The notes under the pieces were generated by a model. The model was not told where the DNA came from. It saw only the letters and a list, made by a program, of their open reading frames with translations, and made no database searches. Shown here piece by piece: positions 28,301 through 39,240 of a stretch of 64,000 nt of DNA (its first letter is position 1; the number at the start of each line of letters is the position of its first letter). The DNA is taken from assembly GCA_039545335.1 (NCBI GenBank), contig BCIN01000003.1, positions 2,427,060 to 2,491,059 on the forward strand. The letters run 5' to 3'. This DNA comes from Kondoa subrosea (lineage: Eukaryota). The position numbers were made by a program, and so were the translations under genes.

Positions 28301-29608
28301 AAGAATACTTTACAATGGTAGCCGCTGGACTTACTTCTTCGCCTCATATGATCAGCGCAACTATCACAGCACTCTCACGCCTGATATTTGAGTTTAATGA
28401 TGAACTTGATAACGCAACAAAAGAAGAATTGATTTCTACCAATACCATTTTCGTAGCATCAAACAATCGCGAAATAGTCAAATCTGCTATTGGTTTCGTC
28501 AAAGTCAGCATTGTGGCTCTACCCTCGACATTGATCATGAACCAATTACCGTCTCTGATTCCTGCTCTGTTGAGCTGGAGCTCCGATCACAAAAATCACT
28601 TCAAAATCAAAATTCGACATATCTTTGAACGATTGATTCGCAAATTCGGCTATCAAGCGATCGAACGGCTCGTAGGCGAGGAAGATATCAAGTTCATCAA
28701 AAACATCCGCAAACGTCAAGTTGCTGCTAAACGGAAACGTGTTGCTCGTGACGATCAGCGAGAACCAGCAGACGAAGATATGCTGGGCGCGGCGGAAGTC
28801 AAACAGCCTCAGCAGACTGTCGGTACAGCCTATGAAGACGCGTTATACGGAAGTGAAAGTGAGATGGAGGGCGATAGTGAGACTGAAATGTCTCGAGTCG
28901 ATAAAGGCAAGAAGCCGCAACGGGAAACGAAAGCGGGAAAAGCCAGAGCCCAGCCTATGACTACTCTGGACGATGGTGAAGAACCGCTTGATCTAATGGG
29001 TGATGTTTCCACCATGAAGACATCAGGTCCGCTATCTTGCATCGTCCACCTAATGAGATCATGCTAAAGTGCTTCTAGTGCCTGGTCGCAAACGTCCTCT
29101 GCCTTCATCTTACTTCAAGACCGATACATCAGGCAAGATGATCATTGACGAAGAAGGCGATTCAGATGCAAATGAGCCTGATCGAGAAATGGGCGACAGT
29201 ACAAATGCTTACCTGGAAGCAATCAACGGCGATGACAGCTATCGAAAAGATGCTCAGGGTCGGGTAAAGTTCAACAAGAAACGATCGAGGCAGGAAGCGG
29301 ATGATGATCGGTTCGTCTTTTTCAAACTTGGCTGCGAGATGTTTGCTGATTATGCTCTTCTTTTTAGCTGGGTAAACGAAGTCGAGGGAAAGCTGAATAT
29401 CGACGCTCAAGGAGCTCAGCAATCTCAGAAGAAGCGCAAGAAGGAAGTCAAACCTGCTCTTGGCGCTCAATTCAAGGCTAAGAAAGCGAAAGGAGACGTC
29501 AAGAAAGCTGACGGACTGACTCCGTATGCCTATGTTTCACTCAATGAAGCAGGAAAGAAGGGTCAGAACATCACTGGAAAGAAGAAGGGCTCAAGAGGTA
29601 GAAACTAG
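25374..29608 (+). CDS. RRP12: Pre-rRNA processing HEAT-repeat protein Rrp12 (NUC173), multi-exon
   Basis: Motifs SPTAYFASLL, DARPKVKRKAQ, GRAWLLPLLR, VEQVWALLPGYCDLP, REIVKSAIGFVKV, HFKIKIRHIFERLIRKFG and FKAKKAKGDVKK...PYAYV. Confidence 0.95.
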
Positions 29609-29733
29609 TTGGAAACATTCAAGACCAGCTTGATGCATTTTTTACATTGCTATTCACATTTTTGTATAACGAATAACCCCTCATCGAACTGCAAACCCCT
29701 ATAAACCCTCATTAAAACCTTTTTTTCCCGTAA

Positions 29734-30785
29734 CTATACGAGTTGCCATTGAATAGGGATCAATCCAGCTGAAAGCGGGCTCAAAGCTTGGAAAGCGGCA
29801 GGCGAAAGATCGAGATGACCGTAATCGCTAGAAATATCGTTAGCTATGAAGTATGCGCAGGCGCAGACAAGAGGTATAGCTCACCAGCTCGGGCAACGAT
29901 CGGTAACTGTTACAGTGACACTTTTGATACTGCCATCAGCTTGAGTAGCTTGAGCTCTGATCTTTTGACCACAAACTGGAGAAGACAAGTCAGGAATGCT
30001 CCTAATAATGATGCATACAACATACTTGGGTTCAAGTTAGGGTTGGCTGTGGCACCTGGCCAGTTGTCGAACAATTGGTAAGAAGCAGCAACGATGAGAT
30101 CCGAATCTTGGTTCCATTGTCCGCAAGCTCCGAGACCCGTATAGTAATCTGTGACAATAAATAGCCATCAGCGAGGAGCTCAAGAGAGAAGAATTGAATG
30201 ACTGACATGTTGCTTCACCGTTGACAATATTACTGGCTGGTGCCGTAGTAGCAGCAGGAGGTGCAACATAAGTAGAAGATGGTGCAATTACAGAAGTTGT
30301 TGACGGTACAATTGGAATGGAGGTAGTGGAAGAGGAAGTTGTGGTTGCTGGCATTTGGAGAGTTGCTATTTTTGTAGGTGAAGCGGTTACGGCTTTTGAG
30401 TTCACCAATGAGCTTGTACAAAGGCATCTAGAGCCCAAGACTTACGACCTGCTACACAGTAGGTTCTGCCTAAGAACAAATTTGAGCAATCTGGATCCAA
30501 TCCTGTGTTCCACAATCGCAACATAGTCCAATCCGCTACGTTGTTCTTCTGTGCGACTGAATAGCAAGTATCACGACTGCGAATGTTATAATATTTGGTG
30601 CATCCATCGCCTCTGGTCCATGTGCCTTTAGCAAGATTGAGTTTTCTTCTGTGAAGTGATTGACTTCTTTTGCCAGCTGCGACAACTGCATGATCGATCA
30701 AAGGCGAGGTAGAGCTCGACCAGAAGCTAGCGTTGGTCAAGGCAGATACACTGAGCAAGGCGTAAATGAATAGGAAGTTTGCCAT
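29734..30785 (-). CDS. Secreted LysM + Ser/Thr linker + RlpA-like double-psi beta-barrel (expansin/loosenin-like) protein
   Basis: Signal peptide MANFLFIYALLSVSALTNA; fungal LysM CTKYYNIRSRDTCYSVAQKNN...WNTGLDPDCSNLFLGRTYCV; DPBB GEAT.YYTGLGACG...IVAAS...NP.CGQKI...VTVTVTDRCPSC...SPAAFQAL...IQWQLV*. Confidence 0.85.
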
Positions 30786-31220
30786 CTTTGGTGAGGTAGA
30801 AGTTTGAGAGGAGAGGAAATTGTACGAAGATCTGCTACATAATGTACTCAAGATAGATGGCAAGTATAATGACACTAACATAGGCAATGCGAAAAGCCAT
30901 CCATCACGTAATCTAGCAAGACGGAAGATGGCTGGCAAAGTAGAAATCTTGGCAAATCAGCATAAGAGAGCTGTGAAGGCTAGCCCAGGTGTATAACAAA
31001 GATTCGGAAGAGATAGGAAGCCACAGCATAGCATAGAATAACAGGAGCTTTAGGTCATCCATGACAAATGCAGACTTTTGGCTGCAAAATGGACGGCTGC
31101 CAGTGCATTATGATACTGCGCGACCCATCCAACCAGCTATCGCTACATTGAAGCCTCATTGAGCGGTCTTATGAACGCCTGTGTTCTCGCATTATAATAT
31201 CAACATTTCCATGCACAGCG

Positions 31221-32229
31221 ATGGACTACGATAGCGAATGGCAGGACGAATTGGCAGTGCTGGAAAGCATCTTTACTGGAGTGGATGAGCTGCAAAGTAG
31301 GATCTCCAAGCGACTGCTACCGGAAAAGGAACATTGTCTCAATTTCACTTTGCATATAGTCGCGGATGACGAGGTTTCGATAGCTGTTCAGCCTTCAGAG
31401 CCTAAAGACGATGAACCAAGTAAGTCTGTGTCTCTGTGTGCACTCAAGAGCCTAGTTGATCGGTTGGACTCTAGTTCGGCTGAATCTACATGTCAAGAGA
31501 ACTGCAAAATACCCTGAGGAAGCGCCTGATCTATCAATAGAGCAAGCAGAAGGTGAACTAGAAGATGAAGATCTGAAGGCATTAGAGACGATTCTGGTGA
31601 CAGAAGTCAGTCAACACTTTCGCACTTTATCGCTTCAAGTACCAAACTCATATTCGTATGTAGACAGAATCAAATTTGGGCATGGGACAAATCTTTAATC
31701 TATCTTCTATCCTTTCCGAAGCTCTCACAGACCTTATAAAACGGAAAGCACTCGAGGAAACGAGGTTACAGGACGAAGCGGATCGGAAAGCAGAAGAAGT
31801 ATGTCATCTTTCTGCCGTAGCTCTCATATTCTCTGATAGGCTTGCTCCAGGCGGAAGCAGCGCGAACAAGAGGGACACCAGTAACGGCGGAAAACTTTGC
31901 GAAATGGAAAGTTAGCTTCTTGCAAGACATGGCCAAGCAGAAACAGAAGCAGTTAGAGGAAGCTCAAGCTAGTATGACACCCAAAGAAAGGGAAGCAGAA
32001 CGGAAGATAGCACAGCGATTGACAGGTCAGTAAAGCTTCGCGCTGCATTCACATCCAGCTTATGGCAAATGCAGGCAAACAACTCTTTGAGAGAAATCAA
32101 GACCTCAATACATCTGATGCGGATTACGAAGGCGAAGAAGTTGATCTATCGAAATACAGCAAGGAAGATCGAACGAGAGATGAAGAGGAAGAAGCTGGTT
32201 TAGTAAATTTTAACAGCGATAGCGATTAG
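31221..32229 (+). CDS. GIR2: RWD-domain protein Gir2/RWDD1, multi-exon
   Basis: ELAVLESIF, YPEEAP (RWD YPxxxP), LGMGQIFNL, GTPVTAENFAKWK and RLTGKQLFE. Confidence 0.88.
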
Positions 32230-32873
32230 ACCGAGGAGAGCGGCAGCGGTCAACATTCATCGCATTAGGCGATTGTACATAGATTTCTCGCATAGCTTGG
32301 AGATGACACAAAGCAATCAGACATTATGAACAGACAGGCATGAGTTGCAGTCATACGATATAAGAGACTTATGTTCGGGCGTTAGACTACTACTCAAACA
32401 GCTACATGCTGATATCACAAATTGTTCTACTTTCCGCATGCTATACATCATCATTGCCGTACCAATTTTCAAGAAGGATTGCCGAGGTTTCTCATTGTAG
32501 TGCGGCAATGGTTCAGAGATTCGAACCGCTGATACAAGCAGATCAGCTTGGTCTTAAGCAGAACCAACGTGCTTACATTGGGCATATGCCACCTGAACCC
32601 TTTGCATTTTTCCACTTTCAGAATATCAGGAATGAGACTGTTGCAAGGATATCAGATACCACCCAATCAGATACCACCTATCTCACTTTCATTCCAACAG
32701 GCCTTCCTCTTCACAAATTTGAGTACCAAGTCAATTCGAGCCAGCGAATCCGATCACATCTTCTTCCACTAATCCTGAACTTCGATTTGCCCACATATAT
32801 CAGACTGAAGACCAGTCGAGACCTTATCATACATCACTCTTTAAATACCACCAATCTGTAGATCTCATACGCT

Positions 32874-34208
32874 TCAATTGCGAAATCGATGTCCTTCGCT
32901 CAATCTCAAATCTGTAGGCCAGTCCCAATCTTTCAAGTGGGATTCAACGGATGCTCCAACATCGCCCATGAACCATTCTACCGAGTCCAATTGACCTGAT
33001 CTAAACCGCAGCTTCAACAGAGGGATGCCAGGTCGTCCATGACGGATAAATGTTCTTACGACAGCAAGTCTTGAAAATGTATGGTCTGTAATGGTAGATG
33101 ATTTGGCAATCTGGCAGAGATCCTTCAGGAAGGCGAGCTCTCTTTCCGGCACACTGGAAGTACCCGAACTGTGCGGAGCGGAGTATGATATAGATAGTTC
33201 GAAAGAGATGTGCTTCAGGCGAGGAAAATTCTTGACGGCGAAGTCCGGAAGAAGAGATGTACGGGAGGTTAGTACTTTCAAATAACTGTCCAGCCTTAGT
33301 CGCAGTCGTTCCAAAGTCGAAGCTATTGCTGAAGATACCAAAGTCTCAGCGAGCTGAGACATGGAAGAGACAAAATCGACTTGACGAGGGATCAGTCTAA
33401 TCTCCACCGATTGCACAGCCTTCAATTTGTCGGCCAGGGCTGCGAGATCGGCCAAAGAAGGCATCGACCGTAGAGTTATCGTCTGACACGATGTAGGAGC
33501 AAGAAGAGAGAATTGCCGTTGCTGAGAGGGCGTTGGACAGATGGCAGAATAAGATACTAGCTGCAGATATGGAATGATTCGAGTAATACGCGTCAAGAGG
33601 CTAGAGTTTGTCGATAACTCTCGAGGTGTTGATTGACGCTTAAATACATACCATTCGTCCCCAAATTCAGTGAAGTCTGTGCAGTATACGACATTGAGCT
33701 CATTAAGCAAATGCGCTTTGAGTAGTATAGCATCGGATTCTCTGGTATTTTCGAAGCCGTCCGCGTATATAGTGCATTTGAGATCCAGTCGCTCCAGCTT
33801 TGGGAAGAGTGATATTATTGACGTCAGAATATGACCCGGGACATCCCTGTCGTCGAACTTGAGCCGTTCGAGATTGGGCATTGCCGGCAATGCTGCAGTG
33901 ACCGCAGCGAGGGATTCCCAAGAGTTCCAATGGTCTTGAGAAGGTTTCTTGACAGTAAGGGTCTTCACGTAATGAAGATGGGGATGAGGCGTGCCAGGTG
34001 ACGACAGATGCCTACTCAGGCCCGAATCACGGATGTGTCGCTCATAATCCAAAGATTCATAAGCCAATTCGTTGGCTATCGGTGTCCACGTTTTACAGAC
34101 TCTGGCGCATCGAGCGAGGGATTGTTTGCGAGACCAGGATGAGTCCCAATCGAGATGCTTGAGAATTTCAATGAGCAGTTCTGGCGCCAGATCCATAATT
34201 TGTGCCAT
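32874..34208 (-). CDS. F-box protein with RNI/LRR-like region, apparently intronless
   Basis: MAQIMDLAPELLIEILKHL...LARCARVCKTWTPIANELAY F-box, followed by LPAMPNLERLKF and LFPKLERLDL repeats in one continuous ORF. Confidence 0.8.
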   Translation of the reverse strand: MAQIMDLAPELLIEILKHLDWDSSWSRKQSLARCARVCKTWTPIANELAYESLDYERHIRDSGLSRHLSSPGTPHPHLHYVKTLTVKKPSQDHWNSWESLAAVTAALPAMPNLERLKFDDRDVPGHILTSIISLFPKLERLDLKCTIYADGFENTRESDAILLKAHLLNELNVVYCTDFTEFGDEWYVFKRQSTPRELSTNSSLLTRITRIIPYLQLVSYSAICPTPSQQRQFSLLAPTSCQTITLRSMPSLADLAALADKLKAVQSVEIRLIPRQVDFVSSMSQLAETLVSSAIASTLERLRLRLDSYLKVLTSRTSLLPDFAVKNFPRLKHISFELSISYSAPHSSGTSSVPERELAFLKDLCQIAKSSTITDHTFSRLAVVRTFIRHGRPGIPLLKLRFRSGQLDSVEWFMGDVGASVESHLKDWDWPTDLRLSEGHRFRN

Positions 34209-34566
34209 TGCTTTAGTTCTTGAGCAGGTATCTTCTGTGAGTCGTCGTAATCGAGCACAAGAGACTCTACGATTCTTGGGTATGCAAGTTCGTTGCTTGC
34301 GACAGAGCAGAATGATTTTTGACGTAAATGCGAGGTCAGGCAAAATCTGACCCGCAATAGTACCATAGACGCGACAGCAACTCTGAAGTACCATTACCAG
34401 GCTTAACCTGCGCGAACATCACCAAATACAACGCTTCCCAATTAGCGTGGTGAGAGAGACAACATGGAAGACAGTGAACCGTCTCCCGCCGGTCTCAACG
34501 TCAGGGTAGAGCACTGTTGGCTGACTGCGCAAATTCGTTGCAAACCTTGCATACATCGATATCATG

Positions 34567-36252
34567 CTATTCATCATCTTCATAAATCAGCCTTTGAATA
34601 GTAACCTTATCCCTCTTCACAATAGGCGATAATGGTTGTTTTGCATTCAACGGATTGCCCAGATCATCCAACGTAGCCGATCTCTGTTCATTCATTTACA
34701 TCAACTCAATTCCTCAATCGAGATGTTTAAACTGACCATTAGAATTCCTTTAGGTTTCCTCGTTCCCCTTTGCTTCTCTTCCTCTCCTTCCACTGTTACA
34801 TCAAGCACCAAATCTCTATTCCACTGAACCCTTTTCGTTTTCTTGCTGCTTCCTCCTGCAGCCGCACTCTTCTTTTTCACAGGACTCTCAAACCCATTCT
34901 CCTCATCTCCAGGTCCTAATCTATGTTTTCCCTTTTTCTTTCCTTCTTCTACTAGTTCCTCTTGTTGTTCTGTTCCAAAAAGTAATGGTATAGGTTCTCC
35001 TTTCAAAGATAATCGAACCGCTTGTCTACTTTTAGCTCTTTCCGCTCTACCCACAGCAGTATTGGAGGAAGAAGATAGAGTGGTTCGAATTTTAGCAGAA
35101 GGACTTGCTGGTCTGTTTCCTTGTTTCTTGATTACTAAAGTAGATAAAGTGTTGTAATGCTGTTTGTTGTAAGTCGTGTTCCTTGATGTGAGTTGAGTGA
35201 GTTGAGCGGTTGTCAATGGAGGAGGAGTAGTGGAAGGAAGTTTGGTTGTAGTAACAGACTTCGATTCGCTGGTGGAGGAAGAGCCGGATTGGGCTAAAAG
35301 AGCTTGAGAGGTAGAAAGCGTTGCTATTGAATTTGGAAGCTTCTTGCGCGATTTGGGCAAAGTTGAGGCTTTAGCTGGAATTCGAAGTGAGCGCTTGGAA
35401 GTTGAAGCTTGATTACTTGGTGGTACAGACTGTATGGAGGATTAGCTTTTGCGGGAAGTATAATGAGAAGAGACTGACGGATGATGATGGAACAGCTACT
35501 TTGGCTTCCTGTCTCGGCAAAGTCCTCTTGAGAGGAACTGTCCTTGCGGGAATAGCGGAGCGCGTGTTCCTTACAGAGCGCGGAGCAACGGCAGTTTCAG
35601 AGGTTTGGGAAATTGGTAATGTACTGGTCGTGTGGGTGGCGGGCTCCGGTAAAGAAGCGGTTGCATGCTTTTCGGGAAGGATATTGGAACCAGCTTCAGC
35701 TTGAATGCTTTCCATCTGACGTTGAGCCGAGTGTGCATCTGTCACTTGCGGTCCAATCTGAGGTGCTTCTGATCTGGGCGAAACATCGTTCAGCTCAACC
35801 AACTCATCCATGGACATGTCCGCGTGTAGTAAGACTGGTTCTTCCGCTATCTCAGCTAAACTTCCAGTCGAGGGTTTGTTGATCGCTGGCATAACATTGA
35901 CCAAAGGATCAATTTGAAGCGGAGAGCAGGAGAAGGAGTCGTCCATGAGACTAAGAATAGGTTGAGCAGAAGCCGCTGTGCTAGATACTGGCTGAACGGA
36001 AGGGAAGACTGGTGTGTTGAGGTCAATCAACGCATTGTAGTCTTTATTCGTCAAAGCGCTTCTTGGAATAGGTAGAGGAGTCTTCTGAGGAGTTTGAAAG
36101 ATCCTTTGGCGCTTGAATGGAGAAAGCAAGGTGTCTTCTATCGAGTCGAGCATTGTAACATCCCCTTCGAAGTCCAGAGCCTCATGCTTCCTCTTCTCTG
36201 GTGACAGTACATTGCCAAAGTACACGCAGCTGTCGTCCATAGCTGCGTCCAT
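34567..36252 (-). CDS. Hypothetical Ser/Thr/Pro-rich protein with a basic C-terminal region, multi-exon
   Basis: ORFs 35413..36252 and 34701..35360 plus a last exon RSATLDDLGNPL...RLIYEDDE*. Motifs LTSRNTTYNKQH, HRLGPGDEE and KRVQWNRDL. Confidence 0.6.
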
Positions 36253-36346
36253 TGTGACCCGACTTCAAGTTATTAGAGTCGACGTATAGAAAAAACAACA
36301 AACCTTTCTTCTTCGAAGTCGAGCATTCTTTGCCTTCAATTCGGCC

Positions 36347-36998
36347 ACGACGCTGTCCTCTCGAGTCCTGTACAATGTCCTCAGACTATCCAAGCAAGGA
36401 CATTGGATCAAAACCGCTGACAGATCTCTGAATCTCGGTCTTCCACCTCAAGATTTACCTTCAGCTGTTCTGTTGTCCATAGCAGACAGCACAAATTATC
36501 TGATACAAGACAAGACTCAAAGACCTTTATCACCTCTACCTCCTGGTCCAGGACCGACGAAACTCGATTCAATCATAACGGTGCAAGGGATCGCAATTCC
36601 TACAAGACCTAGTCCGCCTAAAGAAGGTGAATGTTGCATGTCAGGTGTGTCTCTGTCATACTATGATTGACTCTGTAAGCGACAGAAGCTGATAATAGAG
36701 AGGAAATGTAGGTTGCGCTCATTGTATCTATGATATCTACCAATCCGACTTGGAAGAGTACCATGCTCTCTACTCTTCAGCTCGATCTACCCTGCTGAAG
36801 AAATACAAGGAGAAAGCTTTTGATTGGCCTGTGGATGTGCTTGGGAAATTGAATGAGCAATCGGAGGCAGGAGAAAGTGATGATTTAGCCAAGAAAGAGG
36901 TGGAACAAGAGATTGGAAATTTGGATCCGACGATGCAAGCATTCTTGAACCTGGAGAGGATGTTGAAGGCAAAGAAAGCGGCAGAAAATGTCACATAA
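36347..36998 (+). CDS. Oxidoreductase-like domain protein (OXLD1/UPF0651-like); start codon unresolved
   Basis: IPTRPSPPKEGECCMSG|CAHCIYDIY joined across an intron at about 36646-36711; C-terminal DPTMQAFLNLERMLK. Confidence 0.8.
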
Positions 36999-37105
36999 AG
37001 ATTATAATGTAATGATATCTATTGCGGCTGACTATGTACAATGGCGATGCGTTTGTAACTTGATGTCATCAGCAAGACTGCAGAAGTTTGGCTTCGGGGA
37101 GCAGC

Positions 37106-37905
37106 CTAACGAGCCCCTTGGCGAGCCTCGTGAATGCGTCTTATAGCGGTATAGTGAGCTTGGTCGGCAGCATAGTCGTTCCGCGCATCCTGCGCAGAAG
37201 ATGCAAGATTTGAATCAATATTTCCGGTGACAAAAGGTAGACATACCTCATGCTCCAAACGAACGATGTGTGGGTGAATCCCTTCTGAATAATGATGGAA
37301 GATCTGTCAAGATATACATCAGTCTTCGATCGCAGCCTCTGAGATTTGAGGAGGCTCACCTTTTCCATCAATTCAAGTAATTCGTTATGAGCTTTTAATT
37401 GCTCTGGGGTCAAATTGACCAAGTGGGTATTGGTTTTCAAAGCCTCTTCAATTCGATGCATCTGCAGAAAGGTCAAAATAAGATGCAGACTTTCATAACA
37501 GAATTAGAAACTCCTCACTGCGGAGATCAGACCATTCCAAAAGGACTGATCAGCCCAATTTGCCGCAGCAGAATCATAGCGTAGGTGATGAGCGACGATA
37601 AAGCTTAACTGGCGTTCCAAGGTATTCTAGAGAGAGCTCAATAAAATAAGTACTCCTTACATAGCAGCACCTAAAGAGACACCAACGAGTTGCGGGCCAA
37701 TGACAGGGCCATAGATTCCCACAAGACCGTTACTTTCAGCCCTGATTAGGGCATTTAGACGCTGGAACTCTGCAGACAAAGCGACGATATTGCCAGCCGA
37801 CTGATGCAAAGTCCCCTGCGTATTCAAAGTAGAAGTTGATGATCTTCGGCTGGATCCGCTGGAAGCGACCAGAGTTGAAGCGGATGACAATGGAGTGTTG
37901 GACAT
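37106..37905 (-). CDS. Orphan His-rich protein, tandem copy A (5 exons)
   Basis: MSNTPLSSAST...GPQL|NTLERQLSFIVAHH...LISA|MHRIEEAL...AHNELLELMEK|IFHHYSEGIHPHIVRLEHE|DARNDYAADQAHY...IHEARQGAR*. Intron positions match copy B. Confidence 0.7.
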
Positions 37906-38279
37906 ATTGATGATATTGGTAAGGAAAGAAGAGATAAAAGAGCCAGATTTTCCATTTTGATGAGATTTCCCTTTGTTGGCTAAAATCAGATGAATCGCTC
38001 AATCTGGCTGATAAAAAATGATAACAAAGGGTATTTATTTTGAAGCTACTCGGCTAGATGAGAGCAATACAAGTATCCCTATGCTCGTAAGAGAGGGGCG
38101 TAAGCTAGATCATAACTTTCGCGAGCGAACGAGGACATCTCCGGATGTCATGGCAAGCCGGTCCGGAGCTCCTTCACGATGAACGAACAACACTGTAAGA
38201 AGAAGAGAAGCAAGCATACAGACGAATGAGAGAAACCAGAACAGAAAAGCCGGCGGATCGTTCGAATGACTTTTGCCAA

Positions 38280-38405
38280 AGCTGAAAGCTGGAAGGTTCG
38301 CTCTCCTTTCCATGATGTCATACATGTCCCTCGCAGCTACAAAGTCTTCCTGCGTGTTGGCTCCGTCAAGGACATCGGTCACGTCCACCAATTTTATCTT
38401 TGCAG
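38280..38405 (-). pseudogene. Decayed 3' fragment of UMP1
   Basis: Translates VDVTDVLDGANTQEDFVAARDMYDIMERRANL versus UMP1 LDVSDVLGGGSAQEEAVVTRDMHVVMERRLNL at 48544-48639. There is a 1-nt indel just upstream, the stop is lost and no upstream exons are evident. Confidence 0.75.
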
Positions 38406-38409
38406 GACT

Positions 38410-39240
38410 CTAGCTTCGTTGAGCCGCTGAACGAGCTGCTTTGCGAGCCTCGTGAATGGGTCTGATGTTGGCATAGTGGTCAGGATCCGCAGCGTAGTTA
38501 CTCTGCACAAGGAGTTAGGTTCGAAGGAGTATACCCGGTGACGTAAGGCAGACATACAATATGCGCAATGTGAGGGTGAATCCCGTCTGAATAATGATGG
38601 TAGATCTGCCAGATATCCATCAATAATCAATCGAAGCCTCTGTTACCTGAAGAAGCTTACGTTTTCCATCAGGATAAGTAGTTCGTTATGAGTATGTACT
38701 TGTTCTGGGCTCAATTCAACTAAGTTGCCGTTGATATAAAACTGTCCTTCGCTCGGTGCTGGCCTAGTCCCCTGTGCTAAAGCTGTTTCAATTTGATGGA
38801 TCTGCAGAAATATCAGACTGAGATCAAGACCCTCAAAGCCGGAAGAAAGATTCCTCACTGCCGAGATGAGATGATACCAACTAGGCTGAGCAGCCCAGTC
38901 CGCAGCAGTGGCATCGTGCGCGCCGTGATGGGTGAGGACAAGGCTCAACTCCCTTCTCAAACTCGCCTATGCAGACAGCTCAATTAGTAGTCTTCGTATA
39001 TCGGCATTAAGCAAGACAACTAACGAAATTTCCCTCCATTACCCCTCCGTAGATGTCCAACAGGCCGCGTTCTCTAGCAGTGCCAATGAAAGTCGCAAGT
39101 CTTGCAGCCAAAGGGCCGATATTGCCAGCGGACTGATGCAACGTCCTTTGCGTGTTTAAAGTATTAGCGGATGATCTTCGGCTGGATCCGTTGCTAGAAG
39201 CGACCTTAGTTGAAGCGGTTGATAATGGAGTGCTGGACAT
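38410..39240 (-). CDS. Orphan His-rich protein, tandem copy B (5 exons)
   Basis: MSSTPLSTAST...EGNF|ASLRRELSLVLTHH...LISA|IHQIETAL...THNELLILMEN|IYHHYSDGIHPHIAHI|SNYAADPDHY...IHEARKAARSAAQRS*. Confidence 0.7.

Noticed and set aside
32406..32861. 151-aa plus-strand ORF
   Set aside because: No recognisable domain or splice support. More likely intergenic or UTR sequence.
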